A stretch of 64,000 nucleotides of DNA. Origin: Chloroflexota bacterium. GTDB lineage: Bacteria; Chloroflexota; Dehalococcoidia; Lucifugimonadales; UBA3495. The translations under genes were made by a program, and so were the position numbers. Numbering within the stretch: the stretch's first letter is position 1; each line of letters opens with the position of its first letter. The notes beneath the pieces are model-generated. The model was not told the DNA's origin. It ran no database searches and was given only the letters and a program-made list of their open reading frames with translations. Of this stretch, positions 21,338-31,431 are shown in pieces. The stretch lies in the NCBI GenBank assembly GCA_027623675.1, contig JAQBVF010000013.1, forward strand, positions 21,979 to 85,978, written 5' to 3'.

Positions 21338-22300
21338 CTAAACTTCCAATACCAGCTTGATCAGGCCGTCGGCGCGGTCGGCGTAGAGGTCGTAGCCCTT
21401 GGGCGCTTCCCCGAAGCCAATGCGGTGGGTGACCAGCCAAGAAAGATCGGCCTTTCCCTTGCCCCGCCGGTCCACTGCCTGCTGAATCGGCCTGGCGGGC
21501 GCTTCGCAGGTGGCGCTGACCGTTCCGACCATGGTCAGTTGCTTGGCGATAGCGGCGAGGTAGTTGAAGGTGATCCGCGCTTCCTCGGGGATTCCGAACA
21601 GGGCCAAAGTGCCATACATGCGGGCCATTTCCACGCATTGGTCCAGAGCGCCTGCATCTCCGCTGGCTTCCACCACCAGGTCGGCCCCTACGTTGCCAAA
21701 CACCTCCCGCACCACCTTCTCAGGAGCGACGCGGCTGCAATTCACGGCTAGATTCGCGCCCAGCTTGCGGGACATCCGCAGCCGGTGTTCGTTGGGGTCG
21801 ATGGCGATGATCTTGCGGGCGCCCATCTGCCTGAGAGTCATGGTGAACAGCAGCCCGATGCACCCCTGTCCCAGGACCGCCACGTTCTTCCCGGCCACCG
21901 GACCGACGCGGTCCAGAGCGTACAGCACCGTGCCCCAGGGCTGGCACATGAGCCAATCCCCCAGGTCGCCGTCGTCCGGCAGCGAAACCAGAGTCTCAGG
22001 TTGCGCCACCACGTATTCCGCGCCGCCGTTCAGGTTCAGCGCCGGCAGATAGATCACCCGCCGGCCCTGGGGCCATTCGGCCAGCTCGCTTTGCACGATG
22101 GTCCCAGCGCACTCGTGGCAGGGAGTGCCCACGCCCAGGGGATACGACACCTCCGGCTGTGGGTGGCGGTAGGCCATCATGTCGGTGCCGCAGACCGACA
22201 GCGCTTCCAGCTTGACCAGCACTTCTCCGTCGCCCGGTTCTGGAACCGGCGCATCGATCAATTTAAGCTGCCGGGGGCCGGTTACTTGGATCGCTTTCAT
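21338..22300 (-). CDS. Zinc-binding (MDR) dehydrogenase
   Basis: VCGTD, CHECAG, GQGCIG, IKLVL; ATG 22300 chosen as start. Confidence 0.88.
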   Translation of the reverse strand: MKAIQVTGPRQLKLIDAPVPEPGDGEVLVKLEALSVCGTDMMAYRHPQPEVSYPLGVGTPCHECAGTIVQSELAEWPQGRRVIYLPALNLNGGAEYVVAQPETLVSLPDDGDLGDWLMCQPWGTVLYALDRVGPVAGKNVAVLGQGCIGLLFTMTLRQMGARKIIAIDPNEHRLRMSRKLGANLAVNCSRVAPEKVVREVFGNVGADLVVEASGDAGALDQCVEMARMYGTLALFGIPEEARITFNYLAAIAKQLTMVGTVSATCEAPARPIQQAVDRRGKGKADLSWLVTHRIGFGEAPKGYDLYADRADGLIKLVLEV

Positions 22301-22426
22301 GGGATCTCTCGCGGGGGCGTCAAGGTTGTATTTCGGCCAGCTTAGCACACCAGGCAGCTAGATGCGGAACTCCTTCCGTATGCTAAACTACGGCGCAATT
22401 CGGCACGCCCAATAGGAGACGACGAG

Positions 22427-23263
22427 ATGGCTACTTCGGTGCAACCCAAGGATAAGACGGTAAACGTCAACGGCATCAACCTGCATTACCTGGACTGGGG
22501 GGCCGAGGGCAAGCCCAAGGTGTTGCTGCTCCACGGATTGCGGGGACACTGCCACTCGTGGGACGACGTCTCCGCCGAGTTCTGCCAGGACTACCACATC
22601 TTGGCCCTTGACCAGCGGGGCCGGGGCGAAAGCGACTGGGCGCCGGGCGGCGATTACTCCAGCCAGTCGTTCGTGGCCGACCTGGAAGGATTCTGCCAGG
22701 CCGTCGGGCTGGACTCGTTCATCCTGGTGGGACATTCAATGGGCGGCCGCAACAGCATGGCCTTCGCCGGCCGCAACGCCGGGAAGATTCAGAAGATGGT
22801 CATCATCGACATCGGCCCTGACCTGAATCCCGTCGGCTCCGGCCGGATCACCCAGGAGTTAAAGGACGTGCCCGAGGAGTTCGACACATTTGAGGATGTG
22901 GTGGCCTACCAGAGCAAACAGAACCGCTTCTGTTCCGAGCCGGTCCTCCGTCGCCGCCTGACCTACGCCACCCGGCAACTGCCCAACGGCAAGTTCGGCT
23001 GGCGCTATGACCTGGAGGTGAGGGAACAACGCCGCAACGGCACCGGCGCTCCCCAGCCCGACCTGTGGCTGGAGCTACCCAAACTCGATTTCCCAGTCTT
23101 GATCGTCCGGGGCTCCGAGACCGACACCCTAGGCTTGGACACGGCAGAGAAGATGGTCGAGGTCCTGCCCAAGGGCAAACTGGTCCATGTTGACCGGGCC
23201 GCCCACATGGTCTTCGAAGACAACCCCGAGGGCTTCATCGAGGAACTGCGCAAGTTCATCTGA
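22427..23263 (+). CDS. Alpha/beta fold hydrolase
   Basis: LLHG, DQRGRGES, GHSMGG, AAHMV; aggag RBS. Confidence 0.9.
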   Translation: MATSVQPKDKTVNVNGINLHYLDWGAEGKPKVLLLHGLRGHCHSWDDVSAEFCQDYHILALDQRGRGESDWAPGGDYSSQSFVADLEGFCQAVGLDSFILVGHSMGGRNSMAFAGRNAGKIQKMVIIDIGPDLNPVGSGRITQELKDVPEEFDTFEDVVAYQSKQNRFCSEPVLRRRLTYATRQLPNGKFGWRYDLEVREQRRNGTGAPQPDLWLELPKLDFPVLIVRGSETDTLGLDTAEKMVEVLPKGKLVHVDRAAHMVFEDNPEGFIEELRKFI

Positions 23264-23305
23264 GCCAACCGGCTGATTCAAACTAGGATTTTCGCGGATT
23301 TAGAT

Positions 23306-24001
23306 ATGGCAGAACAGCAACCCCAGTCCCGGGAAGAGATCATGACCATCCAGGATGTCGTGCCCATCGACGTCCCGGACGGCGACGCGGGAGAAGGGCT
23401 TAATTTCCGGACCAGCCGGGGGAACTTCAACGGAATCCTGCACCGCGCCCCGGACGCCGATCAAGCGGTGATCTGGGTTTGCGGAGCCAGGGGCGGTTTC
23501 GGCGGTCCCGGCCCTGGCTCCTACGCCCGCCTGTCAGAGCGATTCGTTGGCGATGGGATCACTTCTCTACGTTTGGACTACCGCTTCGCCAACGATGTCT
23601 TTGAGTGCGCCCTGGACCTGCTCGCCGGAGTGGAGTACCTGAAAAGCGCCGGGCATAAGCCGGTGGTGGTCGTGGGCCACTCCTTCGGCGGCGCAGTGGT
23701 AATCGCGGCCGGCGCCAACAGTAATCACATCAAGGGCGTGGTTGCCCTGTCGCCTCAGACCTTCGGCGCCAACATGGCGGGGCAGGTGACGCCCCGCAAG
23801 CTACTGGTGGTGCACGGCAGGGCCGACACCCGCCTACCGTTCAGTTGCGGCCAGCAGATCTACGACTGGGCGCAAGAGCCCAAAGAGTTGGTGCTGTACG
23901 AAGGCGCGGAACACCGCCTGGAAGAATGCCGGGACGACCTGGAGGTCCTGCTTGGAACGTGGATACCCGAGACCCTGGCCACCGACATCGAACTAGGTTA
24001 G
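23306..24001 (+). CDS. Alpha/beta fold hydrolase (dienelactone-hydrolase-like)
   Basis: GHSFGG, VHGRADTRL, GAEH. Confidence 0.85.
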   Translation: MAEQQPQSREEIMTIQDVVPIDVPDGDAGEGLNFRTSRGNFNGILHRAPDADQAVIWVCGARGGFGGPGPGSYARLSERFVGDGITSLRLDYRFANDVFECALDLLAGVEYLKSAGHKPVVVVGHSFGGAVVIAAGANSNHIKGVVALSPQTFGANMAGQVTPRKLLVVHGRADTRLPFSCGQQIYDWAQEPKELVLYEGAEHRLEECRDDLEVLLGTWIPETLATDIELG

Positions 24002-24170
24002 GCGTCCAACGATAAGAACCCCCGGCGCGGCGCCAACCTGGAACCCGAGTGGCGTTTCCAAAGGCCCGTCGCCGTCTCTAGACCGGGCGTCATTGTTTAC
24101 CGGTTAACGACAAATCTACGGACGACGAAGAGCGCTCTCGAAACTTGTCGCGAGCGTACGATTCGGGAAA

Positions 24171-24217
24171 AAAGGAAAGTCCCGCCGGAACGACTCGGCG
24201 GGACTTTCCCTTTTTTT
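24171..24217 (+). terminator. Intrinsic terminator (potentially bidirectional)
   Basis: ggaaagtcccgccg-loop-cggcgggactttcc flanked by A-run and T-run. Confidence 0.85.
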
Positions 24218-24321
24218 GAGAGCTTGACCGTACCCGGTTTCTGGTCGCGGTTCCGGCCAAAGCGTGGTAGTCTCGGACTGCTATTACCGATACATACATC
24301 TGGAAAACATTGGAGCCGCAC

Positions 24322-26451
24322 GTGACTACTTGGACCGACGACCAATTGGCCTCCATCCACAAGATGCTCAACCCGCGTTCCATCGCGGTGGTTGGGGCCA
24401 CACCCAGGATGCAATACGGCGGGCGGATGCTGGCTGCCGCGCTGAAAGCCGGAGACCGAATCAACGTCTATCCGGTTAACCCCCGCTATGACGAGATTCA
24501 GGGCATAAAGTCCTACCCCAGCGTGAGCGCCCTGCCGGAGACGCCGGACGTTGTCGGCGTGGTGGTTAATTCCAAGCAGGTGATGGACGTTCTGAAAGAG
24601 AGCCACGAAAAAGGGGTCCGGGCGGCGATCGTAATCTCCGCCGGGTTCTCCGAACGGGGCACGGAAGAGGGCCGCGACCTCCAAAAAGTGGTCGGTGATT
24701 TCGCCAAGGAATCGGGACTTCGCATCAGCGGTCCCAACTGCCTGGGCTTGGCCAACGTCAAAGACGACATCTGGGCCAGTTCCTCGTCCCGGGGCGCCGA
24801 TGGGCTGAGTGGGCCGGTTGGCCTGGTCTGCCAGAGCGGGGCGTCGGCGTTCGGGCCATTCTTGAACCGGGCGGTGGACAGCGGCATCGGCCTCAGCTAC
24901 ATCATATCCACCGGCAACGAGGCCGACCTTGATTTTTCAGACTTCGTTCGTTACCTGCTGGACGACGATGACACCAAGGTGATCGCCGGGTTCGTTGAGG
25001 GTTTCAAGGACGCCGGCAAGTTCATCGAGGTGGCCAAACTGGCGGCCCAAAGGGGCAAGCCCATCATCCTGATAAAGATTGGCCGGTCGGAATTGGGGGC
25101 CAAGGCGGCCCAGTCCCACACGGCCGCGCTCACCGGCATGGACGCTCTCTACGACTCCGCCCTGGCTCAGTACGGGGTTATCCGTGTTGCCGATTACGAT
25201 GAACTACTTGAAGTCGCCAACCTCCTGGCCAACTCGCCTGCCCCGGCGGCGAAGGGCCTGGCGGTGGTCTCGCACTCGGGCGGCATCAGCTCGCTCACGG
25301 CCGACATGTGCGGCCAGGCGGGTTTGGACCTGCCAGTGCTCAGCGACACCGCCCGCGACGGCATCAACAACGTGCTGAAGGGGTTCGGGTGGGCCGCCAA
25401 TCCATCCGACGTGACCGGCTTCGCCAACAGCGACTCCTTCCCGGAGATCATGCAGTTCATGGCCAACGACCCGGCGATGGGGATCCTGGTGGTGGCCAGT
25501 TCCGGTGGTGACGCCCAAGCCAAACAGGTTATCGCCCAACGAGATCTGGCCAAAGACATGCCGCTGGCGTTCCTTTGGACGGGCAGCCGGAGGGAGTCGG
25601 CGGGCTTGGATATGCTGAAAAAGGCCCGGATCCCCGTATTCTATACGCCCAACCGGCTGGCTACCGGCCTCCGCAGTCTGCTGGACTACCACGAATGGCA
25701 GGGGCGCCGGGGCAAAACAGGTTTCCCAGAGGTTCCGGCCATCAGCCTGGAACAGCAAGCTGCCGCCACCAGGCTGTCTGCCGCCGGCGGCGTGGCGCTC
25801 TCTGAAAATCAGAGCAAGGGCTTGCTGGCCGAGTGGGGAGTTCCCACCACCCGCGAAACTCTGGTATCGAGCGCCGATGACGCGGCCCAGGCGGCGGGTG
25901 AGATCGGCTACCCGGTGGTGCTGAAAGCGGACGTGACCGGCATGCCGCATAAGACCGAGTCCGGATTGGTCATATTGGGACTTCGAGACGAAAGCGCGGT
26001 GCGGACGGCTTACGAACAGCTCATGTCGAATGTGGCAGCCGCCAAGATCGGGGCAGGCATGAATGGCGTGCTGGTCCAAGAGATGGTCTCGGATGCCACC
26101 GAGGTGATCGTTGGTTTGAGCTACGACTCCCAGCTAGGCCCGGCGATTCTATTCGGGACCGGCGGCGTGATGGTCGAGGTCTACAACGACGTTGCCCTGC
26201 GTCTCTGTCCCATCGACGCGAGCGACGCACGGGAGATGATCGAGGAAGTCAAAGGAGCCCGCCTGTTGCAGGGATTCCGGGGCCGCCCACCCGCGGACAT
26301 CGACGCTTTGGTCGATGCTCTGGTGCGCGTGTCCCAACTGGGGGCCCAACTGGAGGGCAGCCTGGCCGAGCTGGACATCAATCCCCTGATGGTCCTGCCG
26401 GCCGGTCAAGGCGTAAAGGCTGCCGACGCCGTGGCCATTTTCAAGGCATAG
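24322..26451 (+). CDS. ADP-forming acyl-CoA synthetase (acetate--CoA ligase family, alpha/beta fusion)
   Basis: PRSIAVVGAT, GPNCLG, QSG, STGNEAD, phospho-His SHTAAL, ATP-grasp GYPVVLK...HKTE...ELDINP; GTG 24322 with ggag RBS (TTG 24310 alternative). Confidence 0.9.
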   Translation: MTTWTDDQLASIHKMLNPRSIAVVGATPRMQYGGRMLAAALKAGDRINVYPVNPRYDEIQGIKSYPSVSALPETPDVVGVVVNSKQVMDVLKESHEKGVRAAIVISAGFSERGTEEGRDLQKVVGDFAKESGLRISGPNCLGLANVKDDIWASSSSRGADGLSGPVGLVCQSGASAFGPFLNRAVDSGIGLSYIISTGNEADLDFSDFVRYLLDDDDTKVIAGFVEGFKDAGKFIEVAKLAAQRGKPIILIKIGRSELGAKAAQSHTAALTGMDALYDSALAQYGVIRVADYDELLEVANLLANSPAPAAKGLAVVSHSGGISSLTADMCGQAGLDLPVLSDTARDGINNVLKGFGWAANPSDVTGFANSDSFPEIMQFMANDPAMGILVVASSGGDAQAKQVIAQRDLAKDMPLAFLWTGSRRESAGLDMLKKARIPVFYTPNRLATGLRSLLDYHEWQGRRGKTGFPEVPAISLEQQAAATRLSAAGGVALSENQSKGLLAEWGVPTTRETLVSSADDAAQAAGEIGYPVVLKADVTGMPHKTESGLVILGLRDESAVRTAYEQLMSNVAAAKIGAGMNGVLVQEMVSDATEVIVGLSYDSQLGPAILFGTGGVMVEVYNDVALRLCPIDASDAREMIEEVKGARLLQGFRGRPPADIDALVDALVRVSQLGAQLEGSLAELDINPLMVLPAGQGVKAADAVAIFKA

Positions 26452-26493
26452 ACCGGCGCGGGCAAGTCGAACGGCACGCCCTGGGGGATGGCG

Positions 26494-27417
26494 CTACTTC
26501 CCGGCCATTCCCAGGGCGGCAAGTTTCTCGGCGTCCCGCCGCTGGCAGGCCGCGGACATGGCGATAACGACCTTGGCCCATTCGTCCACCGGCACGTCGA
26601 TCATGCGTCCGGCAAAGGGCACGGCGGCCGTCCCGGCGGCGATCGCCTGCGCGAAGACTTCCCGGACTTGGGTGTAGAAGTTCACCTCGGAGTCGGTGGG
26701 CGTGAAGGCAGTGTTCACCGACGGTATCCAAGATGGATGGGGGCAGATGATTCCCTTGAATCCCAGGTTCTTGGAGTTGGTGGCGATCTTGAGCATGTCC
26801 TCGGCGGGCACCAGTTTCGGCTGGGCGCCCATGGGGTGGGCGATGCCAATGGGCTGCACTTCGGCGGCGGTGGCCTCGATGGCGATGCGGCCCCGGGCGA
26901 ACACGAATGGGTCGTATTCGGCCAAAGGGTTTATTCCGAGACTGGCCGCAAGGTCGCTCTCGTCCAAGCCGACCTGAGAAACCCGGCCGCTGGCGGCGAT
27001 GATTTCCCGCACGCGCCAGACCGCGTTGGCCGATTCCAACAGTAAGACCAAGCTAAGTGATCCCGGCTCAATCCCCCGCTTGCCCTCGGCGGAGGTCAGG
27101 GCCTCTGCCGCCCGGGCAACCTCTTCCGGAGACTCGACCCTGGGCAGCACGATACCGGCCAGACCGGGCCACACTGAGGCATCGAGGTCGGCCTCCAGGA
27201 ACCTTTTGTTGACCCGGACGAATACCTCGGCCGCGCCCTTCCCCGCTGTCGCGACGGCATCCCGGACCAGATCCCTGGCACCGGCCTTGAGGGACGAGAC
27301 CACTCCATCTTCCAGGTCGAGGGTGATGGCGTCGGCCCCGTGACGCCAGGCTCCCTGCACGAACCTGTTGTTGGTCACCGGGACCATCAGATTGGACCTG
27401 CGAACTAATATCGACAT
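26494..27417 (-). CDS. CitE/malyl-CoA lyase family protein (third gene of the operon)
   Basis: RRSNLMVP, LDLEDGV, FVRVN, LESA, DLAASLG, GFKGIICPHP, GRMID. Confidence 0.88.
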   Translation of the reverse strand: MSILVRRSNLMVPVTNNRFVQGAWRHGADAITLDLEDGVVSSLKAGARDLVRDAVATAGKGAAEVFVRVNKRFLEADLDASVWPGLAGIVLPRVESPEEVARAAEALTSAEGKRGIEPGSLSLVLLLESANAVWRVREIIAASGRVSQVGLDESDLAASLGINPLAEYDPFVFARGRIAIEATAAEVQPIGIAHPMGAQPKLVPAEDMLKIATNSKNLGFKGIICPHPSWIPSVNTAFTPTDSEVNFYTQVREVFAQAIAAGTAAVPFAGRMIDVPVDEWAKVVIAMSAACQRRDAEKLAALGMAGK

Positions 27418-27420
27418 AGT

Positions 27421-28362
27421 TTATCCACCCGCCTGTTCGACCCGCGCCACGGCGTCCGCCTTTTCCTGGTCGCGGCGCGCGCAGACTTGGGCCCATTCCA
27501 GCAATCTTCTTGCCCGGTCGGCCTCGTAACGGTCGATGATCCTGCCATTTATCTCGGACCAGGTCTCGCCGGAAACCTCCAGCTCCCGGTACTGCTCCAA
27601 TACCTGTTTCGATTCATCAACTGCTTCCTGGGTCGGAGTGAAGCCGCGGGTCTGGGGTTCCACCACATTGGGATGCAGTCCGCCGCCCACCCGGAAGCCG
27701 CATTTGCGGGCCGCCTCCGCTTCCCGGAACGCGCGGTCGGGGTCGCCGACGCTGCCGGTGGTGTTCGCGGTGAATGGCGCGGTATGGGGCTCAAGCCCCA
27801 GGGCCCGGGCGGCCAGTTCAACCTCGCCCTTTCCGTAGACGAACTGGTCAAAGCCCACGAACATCTCCACTCCCAAGTTACGGGACATGTCGTAGCCGCC
27901 GGCGCCGCCGAACTCTTTCACACGGGGGCTGGCGGAAGCGATGCTGTAGGCGTTGGCCACTCCCACGGACGTCTCGATGTTGGCGCCGATCTCCACCGTT
28001 CCGGGGCGTATCCCGCGCTCCCGTTCCAGGCGGCTAATGATGCGGTCCAGCTTCTGTATCTCCTCAGCGTATTCCGCCTTGGGGTAGTTAACCTTGGCCA
28101 GTCCCGGCCAAACGATGCCCTCCAGGTCTGCCTGCACCAGATCGTGATTGATGCGGGTGAAGGCCTCCGCGCCGCCCTTGGTGACGTTGGCGATGGCGTC
28201 CTTGATCAGGGTCCTGGCGTAGCCTTTCAGGTGCTGGGGCACCGAATCTTCCAGGTCCAAGTTTATGAAGTCGCAGCCCCGCCGCCACGCGTTGTCCACG
28301 AACCTGGGGGTGACGACGGGCATGGTCAAGCCCGAGCGGTGCACTCCTATCTCTTCAGCCAT
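27421..28362 (-). CDS. CitE/malyl-CoA lyase family protein (second gene of the operon)
   Basis: RSGLTMP, LDLEDSV, TRIN, PKAE, IETS, YDMSRNLG, GRIID. Confidence 0.88.
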   Translation of the reverse strand: MAEEIGVHRSGLTMPVVTPRFVDNAWRRGCDFINLDLEDSVPQHLKGYARTLIKDAIANVTKGGAEAFTRINHDLVQADLEGIVWPGLAKVNYPKAEYAEEIQKLDRIISRLERERGIRPGTVEIGANIETSVGVANAYSIASASPRVKEFGGAGGYDMSRNLGVEMFVGFDQFVYGKGEVELAARALGLEPHTAPFTANTTGSVGDPDRAFREAEAARKCGFRVGGGLHPNVVEPQTRGFTPTQEAVDESKQVLEQYRELEVSGETWSEINGRIIDRYEADRARRLLEWAQVCARRDQEKADAVARVEQAGG

Positions 28363-28387
28363 AAAGTGAATCTCCCAACTGGTGTTA

Positions 28388-29338
28388 CTAGGGGGCCGGT
28401 ACCGGCAGTCCGGCTTTGGCGTCAGCCTTGGCCTTGTCGTGGAGCTCGATAACTGAGGCCCGGTCGATGAGCGCCTGAGCTTGATGCGCGGCGCCGGAGT
28501 CGATGATTCGGTCTCCTTGGCGCAGGGAAGTCGCCCCTGCCGCTACCGCTGCCTGGCACTGCTCCAGCAACCGGCGGGCTTCTGCGACCTCTTCAGGGCT
28601 GGGAGTGAATCCGTTATTCATCGGGTCTACCTGGTTCTCGAAGACGCAGAACGATCCCTTGAAGCCGATGGCCCGACCCCGCGATGCCGCTTGTCCGGTG
28701 TTCTCGGGCGTGGCCATCAGGCCCCGGTCCGGCTCCCGCCACCATGCGCCGTAGGCCGGGACCCCGGCAGCACCGGCCACCGTGACCAGCCGCTGCATGA
28801 GGTATTGCATCAGGTGTATCTCGCCGGAGGGCTCGGGCCGCAGGTCCATCACCAACTCGGCGCGGCCCAACGTCAACCCGGAGATCCTGGTGCTGGCGGT
28901 GGCGATCTCGTAGGCGTCCTGGTTGGCCTGCGCCGTCTCCAGCGCGGGCACGATCTCCAGTGACCCGGTGAGGATGCCCCGCTCGTCCTCCAGTTGACCC
29001 AGCAACTGGTCCGCCTCCTCGACCTGCGCGGCCGACTCCAGATGGGCGATGACGATGCCGGTCAACTCGGGCCAGGCACAGGCGTGGATGTCCGCGTACA
29101 GTAGCTCGCTGTCGACCTGGACGAATACCTCGGCGCCGCTTTCCCTGAGTCCCCGCACGGTCTCGGCCAGACCTTCTCTGGCGGCCGGCTTGTCCTTCTC
29201 GGAGACGAATTCCACCAGGTCCAGCAACACCACGTCGGCGTTGGACTTGGCAACGACCGCGGCGATGTCTTGTTGCGAGGCTGGAATCAGCAGCCAGGAC
29301 CGCCGTATCTTGCCTGGCAGGTTTGCGTTATTTGTCAT
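28388..29338 (-). CDS. CitE family protein with degenerate active site (first gene of the operon)
   Basis: RRSWLLIP, LDLVEFV (for DLED), FVQVD (for VRIN), LETA, GRAEL, GFKGSFC, RIID. Confidence 0.8.
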   Translation of the reverse strand: MTNNANLPGKIRRSWLLIPASQQDIAAVVAKSNADVVLLDLVEFVSEKDKPAAREGLAETVRGLRESGAEVFVQVDSELLYADIHACAWPELTGIVIAHLESAAQVEEADQLLGQLEDERGILTGSLEIVPALETAQANQDAYEIATASTRISGLTLGRAELVMDLRPEPSGEIHLMQYLMQRLVTVAGAAGVPAYGAWWREPDRGLMATPENTGQAASRGRAIGFKGSFCVFENQVDPMNNGFTPSPEEVAEARRLLEQCQAAVAAGATSLRQGDRIIDSGAAHQAQALIDRASVIELHDKAKADAKAGLPVPAP

Positions 29339-29463
29339 AGCAGTAAATCAACCTAGACGACTCTCGGGATAAACGGTGTGCGCCGGAGGCGGGGGCCCGT
29401 ACTCGGCCCACTCTTTCCGGCCGGTGCGGATTGTAACCCAGGCCCACACGCCTGACAAGAAAC

Positions 29464-30480
29464 CTATACGCCTATCCGGTAGACCTTGGTGGCCGTGTTG
29501 TGAAACATGGCCGCGCGCTCTGAGTCCGAATACCCTTTGGACATCCGCTTGAAGGCGTTGCACATCACGTTGTACGAGAAAGACACCTTGTCCGGTGGGA
29601 AGTTGCTCTCGAACATGCAGCGGTCCGGGCCGAACTGCTCGATGCAATAGGTCAGCCACGGCGACATGGCCTCGGCCAGTTCCTCCGATCCGATGGGTAC
29701 ATCCCGGTTGTGCCAGCCGAACCCCCAGCGGGGCATGCCCAGCCCGCCAAGCTTAACCGTGACGTTGGGGCAGGCGGCGGCGGCGGCGATGCCGGTCTTC
29801 CATTCAGCCATTACCTCTTCGCCTCGTCCGGAGTAGATGCCGATGCGGTTGACGCCGCCAACGTGGTTTAGGATTATCGGCAGGTCAGGCACCGAGTTGG
29901 CGAAATCGGCCAGTTCCGGCAACTGGGGGAATGACAGCATGACATCCAAGGACAGGCCCATGTCGGACAGGACTTTGGCTCCCTCCCGGAATCTGCTGTC
30001 GGCCATGATGCCTTGGGTTTCCCGGTCTTCGAACGCCGGGTCGATGTTCCAGGACACGTTATGCCGAATGCCCCGGAACCGGTTGGGGCTGGCGGCCTTC
30101 AAGGCATCCAGCACCGGCCGCACCTTGTCCGCCAGCTTAAGGTCGGCGTGTCCAACGATGGCCGCGGCCGCCCTGCTGGGGCCGTAGATGCCGCTGGCGC
30201 TGGCCGCCGCCAAACCCTGGACGAATTCCACCTCGCCAACCGGGCGCAGTTCGACGGGACCGTCCGGCCGGTACATGGACCGTGCTTCGACAAACACGGT
30301 GGAGCGGACGTTATGACCGCTGTAGATGTCGGCGTTCAATTCGTGGATCAGATATCGCTGGTACGGCGTGCTGTTTGGCCGAAAGTCCCAGAAATGGTGA
30401 TGCGGGTCGCAGATGGGCAGATCGGGTTCCAACGTGGGCTCAACGGTCAACGCGAGCCAGTCATTACCACCGAACGGCAT
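29464..30480 (-). CDS. Amidohydrolase_2 family protein (lactonase-like)
   Basis: ICDPHHH, FRGIRH, ILNHVG, VKLGG, FGPDRCMFESNFP; ATG 30480 with ggagg RBS. Confidence 0.9.
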   Translation of the reverse strand: MPFGGNDWLALTVEPTLEPDLPICDPHHHFWDFRPNSTPYQRYLIHELNADIYSGHNVRSTVFVEARSMYRPDGPVELRPVGEVEFVQGLAAASASGIYGPSRAAAAIVGHADLKLADKVRPVLDALKAASPNRFRGIRHNVSWNIDPAFEDRETQGIMADSRFREGAKVLSDMGLSLDVMLSFPQLPELADFANSVPDLPIILNHVGGVNRIGIYSGRGEEVMAEWKTGIAAAAACPNVTVKLGGLGMPRWGFGWHNRDVPIGSEELAEAMSPWLTYCIEQFGPDRCMFESNFPPDKVSFSYNVMCNAFKRMSKGYSDSERAAMFHNTATKVYRIGV

Positions 30481-30576
30481 GGGGTTGCCTCCGCTGTCAA
30501 GATTCGAGGCTCGATGATAGCACGCGGCTGGTTGCCGGGGACCATGTCGTGCCAAAACATCCCCTGATATCCTGGT

Positions 30577-31428
30577 ATGGAGATGACAAGCGATCTGAAA
30601 CGCCGTCGCCCCAGGCTCAAACCGCTCTACCTGTCCGGGTTCTTGGTGCTGCTGGCCGTGACCTGCGGCGGCGGCTTCAATCCTGCATCCCGCTTGGTCG
30701 ATGTGGGTGGGTATAGACTGCACATCCGCTGCTCCGGCGAGGGGGTTCCAGCGGTGGTGCTGCTCGCAGGATTGGCTACCGATAATCACGATTGGCTGGC
30801 GGTGGAAGAACGGGTCTCGGGGTACACCCAGGTCTGCAGCCACGACCGGGCCGGCCTGGGCGAAAGCGACCCCGCACCCGGAGTCCCGACCAGCCAGACG
30901 GCGGCCGATGACCTCTACTCGCTGCTACAGGCGGCAGATATCACCGGGCCGGTTGTGATGGTGGGCCACTCTTATGGCGGCTTGGTCGCGCAGTCCTATG
31001 CCGCGAAGCACCCAGAAAGCACGGCGGCGGTTTTGCTGTTGGATAGCCTGCAAGCAGACAACCTGGTCCGGGCCGAAGAGATATTGGGGGAGCAGGCCAT
31101 GGCACTGCTGCTGCGCGGTGTGGAGTCCAACCCCGAAGGCGTGGACCTGGTGGCAAGCTTGGACCGCGTTGGGGCTGCCGATGGCCTGGGAGACCTGCCG
31201 CTTACAGTGGTCACCGCCGGACGACCCGGCTTGCCGTCCTTCATCGACGCCGAGGTGCGTGACCGTTTGGCCGGGTCTTGGCTGGACTCGCAACGGGAGT
31301 TGGCGCGCCTATCTTCTGCGGGAGTCCAGGTCATCGCCGAGGACAGCGGGCACTGCATCCAATGTGACCAGCCGGAGTTGGTTGCCGGCGAGATACGCAA
31401 GTTGGTCGACCTGGTTAGGGACAAATAG
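30577..31428 (+). CDS. Exported or membrane-anchored alpha/beta hydrolase
   Basis: Basic N-terminus plus hydrophobic stretch ending LAVTC; DRAGLGES, GHSYGG, SGHCIQ. Confidence 0.85.
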   Translation: MEMTSDLKRRRPRLKPLYLSGFLVLLAVTCGGGFNPASRLVDVGGYRLHIRCSGEGVPAVVLLAGLATDNHDWLAVEERVSGYTQVCSHDRAGLGESDPAPGVPTSQTAADDLYSLLQAADITGPVVMVGHSYGGLVAQSYAAKHPESTAAVLLLDSLQADNLVRAEEILGEQAMALLLRGVESNPEGVDLVASLDRVGAADGLGDLPLTVVTAGRPGLPSFIDAEVRDRLAGSWLDSQRELARLSSAGVQVIAEDSGHCIQCDQPELVAGEIRKLVDLVRDK

Positions 31429-31431
31429 TCG

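Noticed and set aside
29464..30843. Long N-terminal extensions in the ORF track (also 35235, 45799, 58996, 60335)
   Set aside because: The extensions overlap neighbouring genes or promoters; internal starts fit family length and usually have an RBS.
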